In this document: in pieces, positions 28,945 to 41,300 of the stretch
How positions within the stretch are numbered: position 1 is the stretch's first letter
Layout: the number at the start of each line of letters is the position of its first letter
The notes under the pieces: generated by a model
What the model was told of the DNA's origin: nothing
Database searches by the model: none
The model's input: the letters and a program-made list of their open reading frames with translations, nothing else
Program-made: the position numbers and the translations under genes
NCBI GenBank assembly: GCA_963806835.1
Contig: CAWEAR010000013.1
Span: forward strand, 16,901 to 80,900
DNA: 64,000 bases
Reading direction: 5' to 3'
Origin: an uncultured delta proteobacterium
GTDB taxonomy: Bacteria > Desulfobacterota > Desulfobacteria > Desulfobacterales > CAWEAR01

Positions 28945-30171
28945 TTATAAAAAGAGTTGAAGTATTTTGTAAATAACAACACTGGTCAGCGCGGAGGCAG
29001 GAACTGTCAGAACCCAGTATATCATAATCTTGACGATAATTCCGAAATTTACTGCTTCAATACCGCGTGCAAGCCCCACACCGATAACCCCTCCTACTGC
29101 TGCATGGGTGGTAGATACAGGAAGTCCCATTTTTGAAGCAATTAATACCGTAGTTGCTGCGGCAAAATCAACGGAAAATCCCCGTGTATTGCTTAAAGTT
29201 GTTATTTTTGTTCCCATAGTATCCATAACCCGCTCCCCTGCCATATAAATACCGCATGCAATACCGACTCCTCCGAACAGAAGGAGAAAAACCGGGACAG
29301 CAACACTTTCACCGACATTTCCTGTATGGACAAGAAAATAAACAACAGCAAGAGGACCGATAGCATTGGCAACATCATTTGCTCCCTGTGCAAGCGCCAC
29401 ATAGCAGGATGTTCCGATCTGAATACGCCGGAAAATCTCTTCCACACCGTTTGAATCCACGTCTTTTACGTAAATGTTTAAAATTTTCATCCCTGCAAAT
29501 CCCATAATAGCGGAAATGATAACCGAAAGTATGGTAGCAGTTGATGTTCCAAGAGCCAACCTGCTGCCAAGAGGGGTTTTAAAGAGAAATGAGAGTATAA
29601 CCACAAAGAAGGCAATCCCTATAAAAAGAGGAGATAACCTGATAGCACTGGCAAAAGAATCATCTTTGGAGAGTATCAGTCTGACAATGATTTTGAACAT
29701 CAGGTATGATATAATAAGACTGAATAACGGGGATATTACCCAACTTATCATAACAGCAGTCATGCTCCCCCAGTTAATCGCTGAAAAGCCTCCTGCCATG
29801 ATGCCGAAGCCGATCATGGCACCTACAATTGAATGGGTGGTTGAAACCGGAAGAGACTGCCATGTGGCAAAAGAAACCCAAATCGCAGAAGCCAGCAAAG
29901 CTGAAAATGCGCCAATTATGATCATCTGAGGGTCAGCCATAATCTCTGTTGAAACAATCCCTTTGCGGATTGTATCAGTAACATGGGCACCGAGAAAAGT
30001 CGCCCCGATAATATTCAGGATTCCTGCAATAAACAGAGCCTGACGAATTGTTATTGCTTTTGCGCCGACGGCTGAAGCCATGGAATTGGCGACATCATTT
30101 GCTCCGATGTTCCAAGCCATATAAAAACCGCAGACATAACCGGCAATCAGAATAGAATAATTTGTAATCAT
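28945..30171 (-). CDS. pit: Inorganic phosphate transporter, PiT family
   Basis: Two GANDVAN signature repeats (NIGANDVANSMAS, AQGANDVANAIGP), polytopic, 408 aa. Confidence 0.85.
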   Translation of the reverse strand: MITNYSILIAGYVCGFYMAWNIGANDVANSMASAVGAKAITIRQALFIAGILNIIGATFLGAHVTDTIRKGIVSTEIMADPQMIIIGAFSALLASAIWVSFATWQSLPVSTTHSIVGAMIGFGIMAGGFSAINWGSMTAVMISWVISPLFSLIISYLMFKIIVRLILSKDDSFASAIRLSPLFIGIAFFVVILSFLFKTPLGSRLALGTSTATILSVIISAIMGFAGMKILNIYVKDVDSNGVEEIFRRIQIGTSCYVALAQGANDVANAIGPLAVVYFLVHTGNVGESVAVPVFLLLFGGVGIACGIYMAGERVMDTMGTKITTLSNTRGFSVDFAAATTVLIASKMGLPVSTTHAAVGGVIGVGLARGIEAVNFGIIVKIMIYWVLTVPASALTSVVIYKILQLFL

Positions 30172-30411
30172 TTACTGTTTCAAAGAATATTCTTAACGGA
30201 TTAAAAAACTTGGCTTCTTATATATTATATTAAAAGCACATTGCAACCTTTGTGAAAGAATGGATAGCACGATATAGATTTATGATCAACAACAAATCCT
30301 AACATTATTTTAACATTTTCTGAAAATAAATAAAAAAGAATAAAATAAATAAGTTAAGAATCATAAGGCAGGAGTATAAATCTTAGAAGGTCAGCATATC
30401 GAAAATTTTAG

Positions 30412-30503
30412 AAAGTTTGTGGTTCCGCCTTTAGGCGGTTCATGTAAAATCAGACTATTATCATAGAACGGCAGACCGCCTGAAGGCGGAACTACGAACT
30501 TTT
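30412..30503. repeat. Family-1 REP-like element, long form
   Basis: AAAGTTTGTGGTTCCGCCTTTAGGCGGT...GACCGCCTGAAGGCGGAACTACGAACTTTT. Confidence 0.85.
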
Positions 30504-30509
30504 TTGCAA

Positions 30510-30547
30510 GAGCTGCGGGGTTTTGAAAACCCCGCAGCTCTTTTTTT
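30510..30547. repeat. Family-6 hairpin with a T run
   Basis: GAGCTGCGGGGTTTTGAAAACCCCGCAGCTC followed by TTTTTTT on the + strand. No + strand gene lies upstream, so it is probably a repeat copy rather than a dedicated terminator. Confidence 0.6.
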
Positions 30548-30586
30548 AAATAAACCAAGTTTTTCCAAAAATTTAGTTCTTAATTC

Positions 30587-32770
30587 CTAATTCTTCAGCG
30601 CCCGCCGTATTATCCTGGCTATCTCACCCCTGATAACCGGCTTCATAACAAATTCACGGATCCCTAAAGATTTTGCTTTTTCTTCAGACATTTTTTCACT
30701 GAATCCGGTGCAAAGAATAATCGGAATATCAGATCGGATTGCCATAATTTTTTTTGCCAATTCTTCTCCGGTCATCTTAGGCATAGCCATATCAGTTATG
30801 ACAAGATCAAAATTATCCGGCGAATTTTCAAACTGCTGATATGCTTCAGGACTGCTTATAAATGCTTTTACCTGATAGCCAAGCTGCTCCAGCATCTTTT
30901 GCAGCATATTGAGAACCTGCTCTTCATCATCAGCCAGCAAAATACGTTCATCTCCTGTAGGAGGCTCCTCAAACGACAACTCTGTCAGATTAGTTTCAGG
31001 GGTATCCATCAAAGGCAAATATACATGAAATATAGAGCCTTTTCCGGGTTCGCTATATACGGTTATACATCCGTCATAACTTTTGACAATACCGTGAACA
31101 ACAGAGAGTCCCATTCCTGTCCCTTTGCCCGGTGCCTTGGTTGTAAAAAACGGATCAAAAATCCTTTCCATAACAGATCTCTTCATGCCATATCCTGTAT
31201 CTCTGACAGAGAGATGGAGATAAGAACCGGGAGATATATTCATATAAGGTACAATATCATAAGGATTCAGTTTTACCTGATTCAGACTCACTTCCAGTAT
31301 TCCCCCTTTCTCCTGCATGGCATGATAGGCATTGGTGCATAAGTTCATAATTACCTGATGTATCTGAGTCCGATCTCCAAGTATGTAACCGCATTTTCTA
31401 TCTATATTCTGATGTATTTCAATATTTTTTTCCATAGAGACCATCAGAAAATCAAGAGTCTCTTTTATAACAGACTGAACTTTCAATGGTTTACGTTCTC
31501 TGTTGCTCCTGCGGCTGAAGGTGAGAATCTGCTGAATCAGATTTCTGGCACGGTTGGCTGCCTTGAATATCTCTTCAAGATTCTTTCTTATATCATTCCC
31601 CTCAGCTATTTTAATCATGCTCATCTCAGTATAGCCGATGATCGGAAAAAGAATATTATTAAAATCATGGGCAATTCCTCCGGCAAGGATTCCGATAGAT
31701 TCTAATCTCTGAGAATGCTGAAGCTGCATCTGAAGTGTATCTCTTTCATCTTCCGAGATTTTTCTCTGAATAGCAATAGCATAAAGATCAGCCAATTCCT
31801 GAAGCAGACGGATATCTCTGTCAGAATAATCACGGGTTGAATCAGCAACAGCAATCTGTCCCATAAGCATATCATTGATAATGACCGGCGCAGATAAAAA
31901 ATTACGGAAAGGAAGGAAATCTTCAGGGATTCCCGAATATCTTTGATCTTCTTCAGGATTATTGCTTAACAGTGTTTTCTTGTTTTTTGAAACCCATTCC
32001 CACAGCCCCCCGGTTCTTTCCAAAGTAAAATCTTTGTCCGACGCCGTTGATTTTATCCAGACTTCCTGATTTATAGGCGGATATGCCAGATAATCTTTGT
32101 GAACTTGGATATAAGCTGTATAACCGTATTCACTCTCAGTAATCTGTTTTGCTTTTTCCAGAATCATAGAAGAGATTTCATCAATAGATAATGATGATAT
32201 AAGAGCTTTGGATAATTTGGCAATCGCTTCATTTACCCTTGCCTGCCATACAAGGCGATCTTCCGCCCATTTACGATCCTCTATCTCCTGTTTTAACTGC
32301 TTATGAATCTCTTCCAGATGCCGGTTTCTTTCTCTCAGGCTTTTTATAAAATTTTCATTGCTGTCGCGTATCTTTGCAGATATGGATTTCATAATGGAGA
32401 TAGAAAGCGTGCTTGCTTCCGAGATAATCCGGTTGAAGTTGTCCCGGCTTATAGAGAGAAGGCGGGTCGGTTCCCGTGTAATTACTGTGGCACTTCTTGG
32501 AAGGTCATCAATGAGTGCAATTTCACCGAATAACTGTCCTTTTCCGTAAACCGCAAGCAGATCGCGATCCGGCGTATCGTAATTTTTGAATATTTCTATA
32601 GAACCTTCAAGGATAATGAAAAAATTATCCCCTGATGATCCTTCTTTAAATACAATCTCCCCTTTTTCAAACCGTTCTTCCTGACAGACTTCCTTAATTT
32701 TTTTTATATCATGTTCTGAAAGGGGACTGAAAAAATATATGTCTTTTAATGGTTCAGGATTATTTTTCAT
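30587..32770 (-). CDS. Hybrid sensor histidine kinase: cNMP-binding + GAF + HisKA/HATPase + receiver
   Basis: cNMP domain ([23 protein letters not shown]...[16 protein letters not shown]), a GAF-like middle region, H-box [13 protein letters not shown]-box [13 protein letters not shown] and a receiver [14 protein letters not shown]. Confidence 0.8.
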   Translation of the reverse strand: MKNNPEPLKDIYFFSPLSEHDIKKIKEVCQEERFEKGEIVFKEGSSGDNFFIILEGSIEIFKNYDTPDRDLLAVYGKGQLFGEIALIDDLPRSATVITREPTRLLSISRDNFNRIISEASTLSISIMKSISAKIRDSNENFIKSLRERNRHLEEIHKQLKQEIEDRKWAEDRLVWQARVNEAIAKLSKALISSLSIDEISSMILEKAKQITESEYGYTAYIQVHKDYLAYPPINQEVWIKSTASDKDFTLERTGGLWEWVSKNKKTLLSNNPEEDQRYSGIPEDFLPFRNFLSAPVIINDMLMGQIAVADSTRDYSDRDIRLLQELADLYAIAIQRKISEDERDTLQMQLQHSQRLESIGILAGGIAHDFNNILFPIIGYTEMSMIKIAEGNDIRKNLEEIFKAANRARNLIQQILTFSRRSNRERKPLKVQSVIKETLDFLMVSMEKNIEIHQNIDRKCGYILGDRTQIHQVIMNLCTNAYHAMQEKGGILEVSLNQVKLNPYDIVPYMNISPGSYLHLSVRDTGYGMKRSVMERIFDPFFTTKAPGKGTGMGLSVVHGIVKSYDGCITVYSEPGKGSIFHVYLPLMDTPETNLTELSFEEPPTGDERILLADDEEQVLNMLQKMLEQLGYQVKAFISSPEAYQQFENSPDNFDLVITDMAMPKMTGEELAKKIMAIRSDIPIILCTGFSEKMSEEKAKSLGIREFVMKPVIRGEIARIIRRALKN

Positions 32771-33261
32771 TTTAAATCCTTTGGATTAACTTTATTAAAT
32801 CAGATTATTATAATCAGGCTTAATTTTCAGCGAATTTATAAAGTACTGTTAATTTTTAATTCCTGATTCCTGATTGGCATTAATAATTTATTCTTTTCTA
32901 TTAATCAAGAGATAAGGGGTAGTATTAAATCAATTCATATTTATTTTTAATGCTTTAGCATATCTTAAACGTTAATAATCCGAAATCGGGAGAGACCTGC
33001 GGGGCTTCTGAAACCCCGCGGATATTTACCCATAGTAACCGCCTAAAGGCGGTACTACAAACTTTATTCATAAAAAGTAGGATATTTCTACCTCTGAATT
33101 ACTCTTTATGACCCATTGTTTTCTTTAAATGAATAACATAGGGTGTAAATTAATAATGCTAATTGGGAATTAAGAGAAACAAAGATTTCCGAAGTTTCAA
33201 AAACTTCTAAGAAACCAGGTTTTTTTAAGAAACTTAGTTTCTATAATTATGGAGGAGAAAT

Positions 33262-35127
33262 ATGAATCTGTTTTATATGATAAGAAATAGAAATTTCTGG
33301 GCTATGGTGATGGGAGACGTGCTTTTTCTCATGTTTGCCTATTATCTTGCGTATTATCTCCGTTTTGATGGAATGATTCCGTTAAATGAGCTGAATAATT
33401 TTGCCCTCACCGTAACATGGATGATTCCGCTTAAAATCCTTATTATTTTTTACTATGATTTGTACAAAGGGATGTGGCGATATACCAGCATTTATGATCT
33501 GCTCAGTCTGATAAAAGCATCTGTGATTTCATCCGGTATTATCATGACTGTGATTCTTATAATGTTCAGATTCGGCGGATTTTCAAGAGGAGTCTTTGTA
33601 ATTGACTTTATGCTGACTCTTCTTTTTCTTAGCGGATACCGCCTGAGCGTCCGGTTATTTTATACACAGGCATTTGAAAATAAACGTTCTCTTCTGACAG
33701 GGAAAAACAGGTGCAGCGTTAAGAGGATACTGATTATCGGTGCCGGAAGCATGGGGGAGAAACTTGTAAGAGGAATTGCAGAGAATCCTAAACTCCATTA
33801 TGATGTGGTCGGCTTTATTGATGATGATCCGTATAAATTAAATCATAAAATTCATGGGATTCCGGTTCTCGGTGTTTTGCAGGATATGGAAGAGCTTATA
33901 AAACAGTACGGAGTTGAAGAAATTATAATTGCGATCTCTTCAGCATCAGCAATAGAGATGCGCCGTATTATCAATTCCTGCAAGACTGTAGATATTCCTT
34001 TTAAGACCATACCGGGGATGGGGGAGCTGATTGAGGGAAGAATAAACCTGAACACTATACGGGATGTGCGTTATGAAGACCTGCTCGGAAGAGAGCCTGT
34101 TCAGCTTGATATGAAACAGATATGCGGTTATCTGGCAGGCAAACGGGTTATGGTTACAGGAGGAGCAGGCTCTATCGGTTCAGAGCTTTGCAGACAGATT
34201 TCCAGATTTAAACCTGATCAGCTTATTCTGGTTGAGCAGAATGAATCAGGTCTGTATGATATTGAACTCAGCCTGCGTGCAAAATTCCCTGATCTGAAAA
34301 CAGTTGCCATTCTTGCTTCTATACAGGATGAGAGACTGCTACAGCAGGTCTTTGAAAAAACTCAGCCTCATGTTGTGTTTCATGCCGCAGCTTACAAGCA
34401 CGTTCCTATGATGGAGCTTCATCCATGGGAGGCGGTATTCAACAATGTTATCGGAACCCGGAATGTTCTTGAGCTTTGTCATCAACATAAAATTGAAAGA
34501 TTTGTTCTGGTTTCAACAGATAAATCTGTCCGTTCCACCAATGTCATGGGAGTATCAAAGCGCGTGGCTGAGATAATGACACAGGCTTACTCGAAAAAGA
34601 ATCATACGCGATACATGGTTGTAAGATTCGGGAATGTTATAGGAAGCGTCGGCAGCGTGATTCCGCTGTTCAAGAAACAGATTGAACGCGGGGGACCTGT
34701 TACTGTAACGCATCCTGATGTTACACGGTATTTTATGACCATTCCGGAGGCATGTCGCTTAATCCTTCAGGCAGGGGCAATCGGTGAAGGCGGAGAAATA
34801 TTTGTTCTGAAAATGGGTGTTCCGGTTAAGATTGCTGATATGGCAAAAGATATGATCCGCCTGAGCGGGTTTGAGCCGGGGAAGGATATTGAAATTGAAT
34901 ATACAGGGCTAGACCCGGTGAAAAGCTGTATGAAGAGCTGATCACAGACGGAGAGGATATTCTGAGAACACAGCACAGTGACATCATGGTGCTGAATACA
35001 AATAATCATCATCAGATGGAAGATATAAATATTCAGTTAAAAAGCTTGTTGAATTGGCAAAAATAGCGGACTCCAACGGAATAAAAGCCCAGTTCAAAAA
35101 GATAGCTCCGGAATATAATCCTCAGTA
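33262..35127 (+). CDS. Polysaccharide biosynthesis protein, CapD/PglF/WbpM family (membrane-anchored NDP-sugar 4,6-dehydratase); frame breaks near 34915 and about 35050
   Basis: Four N-terminal TM helices, Rossmann motifs IIGAGSMG and VTGGAGSIGSEL, and STDKSV...VMGVSKRVAE. After YTGL a second frame reads RPGEKLYEELITDGEDIL...; a third frame ends ...KKIAPEYNPQ* at 35127. Confidence 0.8.
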
Positions 35128-35319
35128 GTGAAAGCTCCGGAGTGCAAAAATTTTATTTTTGCATCTCGTTCTTATTACTACGCTTTGCATGGGAAAAGAC
35201 ACCACGACATAAATGTCAGGGCTTCCCCCTCGTTCCCACGCTTCGCGTGGGAACGAAATATTTTGTCAAGAGGAACCTGCTGGATTTTCAAAACCCCGCA
35301 GGTCTTTTATGATCTGTTA

Positions 35320-38300
35320 CTAATCCGCTGTTTTTCTCAGAACGTATAGCAGATCTTCAATTCCGATCTGCATATCGCCGTTCACATCGGCGCTTATGCA
35401 GATTTCTCCGGCAGATATTCCTGTCATGAGCTTCATCACATCAACTGCATCCTTCAGATTCACCTCTCCGTCCCCGTTCACATCCCCGTAATCACATGCT
35501 TCATGAATTACGCCGATGGCTTCAAGGTCAAAGCCTGCACGGGACAGGGTTCTGTAATAATAGGCATCGTAAATGATATTCCCGTGACTGTCCGTATCTT
35601 TTCCGTAAACAGCGTCTGAGATTCTTACATGGGTTATTCTTTTCAGATTCACAGTTCCGTTTTCCGTTTCCGGTTTTCCCGAAAGCCGGGACAGATCAAA
35701 GGCGGTTCCGTAGCCTGTTCTGTATTTTCCCGCAAATCCGTCAATCTTTGAGGAATCAACAGCGCCGAAACTTTCAGGGGTGTTGAGAGATACATTGTCA
35801 AAACGGATAAAATTCAAGCCGTCAGATGAAACTTCAACAAAAGCAAGGTCAAGAGCCGTATCATTGAAATTCTCCGCGAACACGGCAAAATCATATCCGG
35901 CTCCGTCTGTGACCGGATGCCTGAATGTCAGAACAATTGAACCGCCTGTTCCCAGAGAAACAAAGCCGGATGACTGATCCGCATCTGCTTTGCCTATTGC
36001 ATTTTCAGGTTTTTTAAACCTGTCAGATGAGAAATCTTTTCCGTATTTCACAGCTTCATAGCCTGTTGCCCATGACTTCAGCAGGGAGGAATCTTTATGA
36101 ATTCCGTCAGAGCCTGTTTCAGTATAAGCTGTTGTGAATACAGCATCCGCGCCGTAACTGATAATGCCGTTCTTTTTTGTAACCAGCCGGTAATGATACT
36201 CTGTATTTTCATTCAGGTATTCAAGGTATTCATTTACATAAATATTGTCATAACCCGCACCGGCAAAGATTTCAGGGGTTGTCATTCCGTAATCTTCCGT
36301 TGTTCCGTATTCAAACCAGTATGTCGCCTGAGAACCCTGCGGATTCAGGATTCCGTTCAACTGGGCGGTTGTAAAGCTGATTCCCGAAGGCGTGCAGGTT
36401 GCATACGGTATGATTAAAGAAATATCCGCTTCCGAATTATCCGTTTCCGTGACAGCATCATTTGTGCCGTTTCCGTCTGTGTCATATTTCAGAATCCCCT
36501 CTCCTGCCTTTATTTCTCCGGCATCAGCAGGCAGAACTTTACCGGAAATATCAGCCTCGGCTCTGAAGACGATTTTCACATCCCCGCCCGCAGGGATTGT
36601 TATCCCTGTAATGCGGAGATTAGGAAAATCCTGATCCGCAATGCTTCCGTCCGGAATAATCAGACTTCCGGGAACATAATCCGCAAATCCGGGTACGGTG
36701 TCTGAATATTCAGCATCTTCAATAACATATCCGCTTTCATTTTTCAGAATAACCGTATATTCAATCTCATCCCCGGAAAATACGCTGCTTCCGTCTGTAT
36801 TTACAGCGGTCTTGACCGCCGCAACCTGAATCTTTCCGCCGTTCACCATGATCTGCGCAGGCTGATTTCCCGGCTCATCAGGATTGCCGTCTGTCTCTCC
36901 GGTTGTATCATTTACCCCGTCACCGTCCGAATCATAAGAGACCGTCCCCGGTATATCCGTAATGATCTGCCCGAAATTCACGCCTGTATCCGCAGTTGTA
37001 TCATAGCTGATTTTCACTGTTCCGTCAGGAGGAATATTGCCTGTCCATTCAAGCTGATTCATCTCTTCATTGTAAACAATTTCACCTGAATCTGTTTCCG
37101 CACTGCCCGGAATGTATGTCATATAAGGGGGCAGGGAAAAAGAGCTGTAACGCCGGATGCTGTTCTGTCTCCTGTATTTGCAATAACCGCACTGTGCCGC
37201 AGCGTATCTCCGGGAGTTGTTTTTCCGTCATTATCCGTGTCATAATGCAGAGTCACGCTTTTTGTGATTCCGGTCAGTTCCGGTGCGGTTGTCAGCATGA
37301 CCGTGATTTTTACCGTTGCAGTATCTGATTCTGAAATTCCGTCAGATACTTTATATTCAAAACCGTCTTCCCCGAAATAATCTGTGTCGGGGGTATAGAC
37401 AAATGAACCGTCTGCATTTAACGTAAGTTTGCCGTGTGCAGGATCGCTTATTTTTACAGCAGTCATCTCCTGTTCATCAGGATCCGCGTCATTTGCAAGC
37501 ACGCCCGGTTTTTCAACGGTCAGAACCGTATCCTCTTCAACAGTATAAACATCGCCTACGGCAACAGGCGTGTCATTCACTTCAAGGACTGTTACTGTAA
37601 CTGTTGCAGTCCCGGAATCTGCTGAACCGTCATTTGCCCTGTAAGTGAAACTGTCCTCTCCTGTATAATTGGCATCAGGTGTATAGACAAACGAACCGTT
37701 TTCATTCAGTTCAAGTTTTCCGTATTCAGGATCCTTTACCCTTACCGCTTTGAGCAGATTTTTATCAGTATCCGTATCATTCGTAAGAACACCCGGAGCC
37801 GTAATTGTCAGGATATTGTCTTCCGCAACTTCATATTTATCGTCATCTGCTGCCGGAGCGTCATTCACGGGATTGACCGTGATATTTACAGTTGCGGTGC
37901 CTGAATCGGCAGAACCGTCATTTGCTTTATAGGTAAAGCTGTCCGCGCCGCTGTAATCAGCGGAAGGCTTATAGACAAATGATCCGTCAGCTTTCAAACC
38001 GAGCGTTCCGTGAGAAACGCCGTTTATCAGAACTGCGGTTAAAGTATCTCCTTCAATATCAGTGTCATTTAGAAGGAGATTGCCGTTCAGTTCCGTATCC
38101 TCATCTGTGCTGTATATGTCGTTATTCGCAACAGGCGTATCATTTACCGGATTTACCGTTACTGTGAAAGCTGTTTCAGCAAAAAGTCCGCCTGAATCAG
38201 TTCCGCGCACCGTGATATTTACGGCTCCGTTTCCGTTTGCAGTATATGCAAGGGTAAGATTACCGCCTGAAATACCTGTGCTTACCAGTCCGGGATTTGA

Positions 38301-41300
38301 ATTTGACTGAACTGAATAAACAAGACCTGCTGCGCCGCTTTCAATGTCGTTAAATGAAGTCAGCAGGTTAATCACTGTATTTGCAGAATCTTCATTTACT
38401 GTTACGTTTGAAATGCCTGATGTTGACGGATTGTCATTTACCGCATTTACCGTTACCGTGAAAGCCGTTTCTGCAAAAAGCCCGCCTGAATCGGTTCCGC
38501 ACACCGTGATATTTGCGGTTCCGTTTCCTTTTGCAGTGTATGCAAGGGTCAGATTACCGCCTGAAATATCTGTATTTACCAGAGACGGATTTGAATTTGA
38601 CTGAACAGTGTATGTAAGCCCTGTTCCGTCTTCAATATCGCTGAACGAGGTCAGCAGATTAATCACGGTATTTGCAGAATCTTCGTTTACCGTAACATTG
38701 GAAATGCCTGATGTTGAGGGATTGTCATTTCCTGCATTTACCGTTACCGTGAAAGCCGTCTCTGTAAAAAGCCCGCCTGAATCAGTTCCGCGCAACGTGA
38801 TATTTGCAGTTCCGTTTCCGTTTGCAGTATATGCAAGGGACAGATTACCGCCTGAAATACCTGTACTTATCAACGCGGGATTTGAATTTGACTGAACCGA
38901 ATAAACAAGCCCGGCTGCGCCGTCTTCAATATCGTTAAATGAAGTCAGCATGTTAATCACTGTATTTGCGGAATCCTCATTTACCGTTACGTTTGAAATG
39001 CCCGTTGTTGTCGGCGTGTCATTTCCCGCATTCACCGTTACCGTAAATGTTGTCTCTGCAAAAAGCCAGCCTGAATCGGTTCCGCGCACCGTGATATTTG
39101 CCGATCCGTTTCCATTGGCAGTATAAGCAAGGGTAAGATTACCGCCTGAAATTGACGCATTTGCCAGTCCGGGATTTGAATTTGACTGAACTGAATAAAC
39201 AAGCCCGGCTGCGCCGTCTTCAATATCGCTGAATGAAGTCAGCAGGTTAATCACGCTGTTTGCAGCATCTTCATTTACCGTAACATTGGAAATTCCCGTT
39301 GTCGCGGGATTGTCATTTACTGCATTTACCGTTACCGTGAATGTTGTTTCAGCAAAAAGCCCGCCTGCGTCTGTTCCTCTTATCGTGATATTTGCGGTTC
39401 CGTTTCCATTGGCAGTATAAGCAAGGGTAAGATTACCGCCGGAAATACTTATGCTTACCAGTCCGGGATTTGAATTTGACTGAACTGAATAAACAAGCCC
39501 GGCTGCGCCGTCTTCAATATCGTTAAATGAAGTGAGCAGGTTAATCACGCTGTTTGAAGAATCTTCATTCACCGTAACATTGGAAATTCCCGTTGTTGCG
39601 GGATTGTCATTTACCGCATTCACAGTTACCGTAAAAGCTGTTTCAGCATAAAGCCCGCCTGAATCAGTTCCGCGCACCGTGATATTTGCGGTTCCGTTTC
39701 CATTGGCAGTATAAGCAAGGGTAAGATTACCGCCGGAAATACTTATGCTTACCAGTCCGGGATTTGAATTTGACTGAACTGAGTAAACAAGCCCGGTTCC
39801 GTCTTCAATGTCGTTAAATGAAGTCAGCATGTTAATCATGCTGTTTGAAGAATCTTCATTCACCGTAACATTGGAAATTCCCGTTGTAGCGGGATTGTCA
39901 TTTACTGCATTTACAGTAACTGCAAGGTTGAACGTATTGCTGTCTGCCGCACCGTCATTCACTTTTACCGGAACTGTGAGCGTTCCGTTGTAATTTGCAG
40001 ACGGTGTTACTGTATTTCCTGAAACTGTGTAATTCGTGCCGTTCTGAACTGTCAGACTGAAGCCGGTGGGATAAGTATTGTCAACATCGGTAACTGTCAG
40101 ATTGCCCAATGCAATTGTCAGAGCATTGTCTTCATTTACGCTTAACGCACTCTGTCCGGTTATCACAGGCGCGTCATTTACCGCATTCACTGTTACCGTA
40201 AAGGTTGTTTCGGTAAAAAGCGAATCCGGATCTGCCGCTTTTACTTTGATGGTTGCCGTACCGCTTCCATTGGCGGTATATGCAAGCACCAGATTCTGAT
40301 TTCCTGTGATACCTGTACTCACAAGACCTGTGTTTGTGTTCTCTGTTACAGAGTAAGTCAGAGCGGAATCCGCGCTTTCCGTATCTGCAAAAGAGAGCCA
40401 CAAATCAATGGTTGTATTTGCCGCATCCTCATTTACCGTTACATTGGAAATGCCGGTTGTGGTCGGAGCGGTGTTTGTAATAATTTCAATATCGCTGCTG
40501 TCTGCTAAAGACTGCCCCGCGGGAATTGTCATAACAGCATCATTGCCTGCCGCGTCTTTCAGTGTTGCACCGGCTGCCGGAACCAGAGGAGAAGCCGAGT
40601 TCAAATCCGTGCTGTTATGCCCTGCGGCAACCGTATATGTTGCAGAGGCTGTATTTGCCGGACCGAAAGGCGTGATAACCGCTGTTCCGCCTGTGTCAAG
40701 ATTTACCGTGAGATTTCCGAGTGCAAGGCTTACATTTTCAGAGAAATTCACGGTGATATTGATCGCATCGGCAAGTCCGTAAGTTGCATCTGCTGTGGTT
40801 GAAGTTACAGAGGCAACAGCCGGCGCCGTGATGTCATACGTCCGGGAAAGAGCGGTTGCCGCAGTGCTGTTATTGCCTGCGCTGTCCTGAGCAACATTTG
40901 CCGGAATATTCACAGTTACCGCGCCTTCTGCCGCAGGCGTTACATCAAATGTATAGGAAGCTCCCGAACCTGCAAAATTGCTTACAGAGCAGTTGGTTAC
41001 GCTTATATCCGTGTCTGCAAAGCCGGTTACGGATTCGGAAAATGTCGCTGTTACGCTGAACGGAGATATGTTTGTGGGATTTGACGCCGCGCTGGAAAGT
41101 GCAACAGTCGGCGCGGTCTTGTCAATTGTGTAAGTCTGCCCTGTGAAATTTCCGTTGCCTGCGCCTGCTCCGCCGAGAGGAACGCTCATTCCGTTGACAA
41201 TACTGTCATTGTCTGTGAGATTCAGACCCAGCGTGCCGTCTCCGGTGATAGTGTTCACTGTTACGGTTATGCTTGTGCCGGATGCCGCAGAAACAGAGGC

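Noticed and set aside
30510-30547. A hairpin plus T-run as the terminator of a + strand gene.
   Set aside because: No + strand gene lies upstream (PiT and the kinase are both on the minus strand), and on the minus strand the stem has no U-tail. It is more likely a repeat-family copy.
38062-40782. A series of + strand ORFs (38062, 38344, 38608, 39808, 40078, 40408...) with repeated [16 protein letters not shown]-like peptides.
   Set aside because: They are antisense to the adhesin tandem repeats. Their periodicity mirrors the minus-strand repeats, and the minus-strand reading has recognisable domain homology. They are open only because of biased codon content.
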